Source: Polyangiales bacterium (GTDB lineage Bacteria; Myxococcota_A; Polyangia; Polyangiales; Polyangiaceae). Taken from it: 41,794 nt of DNA. This document shows, piece by piece, positions 40,877 through 41,794 of the stretch. The number at the start of each line of letters is the position of its first letter. Within the stretch, counting starts at the first letter, position 1. The stretch spans positions 1-41,794 of the forward strand of contig JBBRLQ010000048.1 of assembly GCA_038231275.1 (NCBI GenBank), given 5' to 3'. The position numbers and the translations under genes are program-made. The notes beneath the pieces are model-generated. The model did not search any database and was not told the origin of the DNA. It was given only the letters and a program-made list of their open reading frames with translations.

Positions 40877-41794
40877 CGACCAACGCGCTCAAGCTCGCGT
40901 TCGCCCAGTCCACCGAGACGCTCGACGTCCGTACGTTCACCGTCAAAGAATCGCTGAACGAGCTCTTCGAGCTCGAGGTCACCGCCGTCTCGCAGAACGA
41001 CGCGGTCGATCTCGACGCGATCGTCGGCAAAGGGGCCGCCCTGTGGGTGCGCCCGGTGCTCGACGAGCTGAGCCTCGGCTCGCCGGCGATGCCGCGCGCG
41101 TGGGCGGGCGTCGTCGCGGACATGTCGGTCTCGGCGCTGTCGCGCGCGCAGGCGACCTATTGCCTCAAGATCGCGCCGATGCTGTGGCGGACGACGCTCC
41201 GCAAAAACCTGCGCATCTACCAGCACAAGAGCACCGTCACGATCGTGAAGGAGCTGCTCGCGGAGTGGGGGATCACGCCGGAGCTGCAGCTCACGCTCGA
41301 TCGGTACCTGCCGCACGAGTACTGCGTGCAGTACGACGAGAGCGATTTCGCCTTCATCTCGCGCCTCCTCGAGGAGGCGGGCATCACGTTCGCGTTCGCG
41401 CACGACGCGACGAAGCGGCGCGGCGACGAGATCACGCGCCTCGTCCTCAAGGACCACCCCACCGATACGAAGAACCGACGCAAGGCGCCGCTCGCGTACA
41501 CCGATCAGATCGAGGCGATGACCGCCGATCGCGATTTCTGCTCGGACGTGACGCTCCGCCAGCGCGTTCGGCCGGGGCGCTTCGCGGTGCGCGACTTCGA
41601 CTTTCGCGCGCCGACCTTGCCGCGTTTCGGCAAGTCGTCGAGCGGCACCCGCGAGGACGCGATCGAGCAGTACGGCTACGATCCGGGCACCTTCTGGTGG
41701 GACTCCGAGCGCGTCGAAAAACCGGTGGCCGATCGCGACCACGGTCCCAACGTGGTCACCACGACGATGGATCCGACGGCGCGCCGCGAGATGG
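40870..41794 (+). CDS. vgrG: type VI secretion spike protein VgrG, 5' part (truncated by the window)
   Basis: manual translation: MVTTNALKL...ESLNELFELEV...RKNLRIYQHKS...YCVQYDESDFAFISRLLEEAGI...VRDFDFRAP; open to the window end. Confidence 0.93.
   Translation, partial: MVTTNALKLAFAQSTETLDVRTFTVKESLNELFELEVTAVSQNDAVDLDAIVGKGAALWVRPVLDELSLGSPAMPRAWAGVVADMSVSALSRAQATYCLKIAPMLWRTTLRKNLRIYQHKSTVTIVKELLAEWGITPELQLTLDRYLPHEYCVQYDESDFAFISRLLEEAGITFAFAHDATKRRGDEITRLVLKDHPTDTKNRRKAPLAYTDQIEAMTADRDFCSDVTLRQRVRPGRFAVRDFDFRAPTLPRFGKSSSGTREDAIEQYGYDPGTFWWDSERVEKPVADRDHGPNVVTTTMDPTARREM

Overview
High-GC myxobacterial DNA, Polyangiaceae-like by gene content: Hanks Ser/Thr kinases, an FHA-sigma54 activator and many 'DAG'-linker lipoproteins. 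Left: a kinase-ATPase-TPR protein, a prolyl oligopeptidase and several lipoproteins. Middle (~12.7-22.2 kb): a mosaic accessory region with ArsR-SRPBCC, IS scars, an AT-richer two-component island and a secreted protein plus radical SAM pair, followed by an MFS/RND/TetR efflux cluster. Right: a T6SS-cargo locus with PAAR-Rhs (His/Cys peptidase-like tip, no immunity gene), two paralogous kinases flanking an FHA-sigma54 enhancer-binding protein, and a DcrB-like gene, a small protein gene and vgrG (vgrG runs off the window and is absent from the ORF track). The main observation is that three T6SS-related transcription units (an orphan DcrB-like cassette at ~8.4 kb, the Rhs gene, and the DcrB-like/vgrG operon) share one architecture: two tandem TCGGACC-N5-GGTCCGA palindromes exactly 22 bp apart, upstream of a GG-N10-GC sigma54 promoter. 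Both DcrB-like genes are followed by small proteins with a shared LxRxD[ED]N...CxTC...DKxK leader and unrelated C-termini. I infer a kinase/EBP-controlled regulon of small polymorphic T6SS cargo. All family calls come from motif recognition by eye, without database searches.
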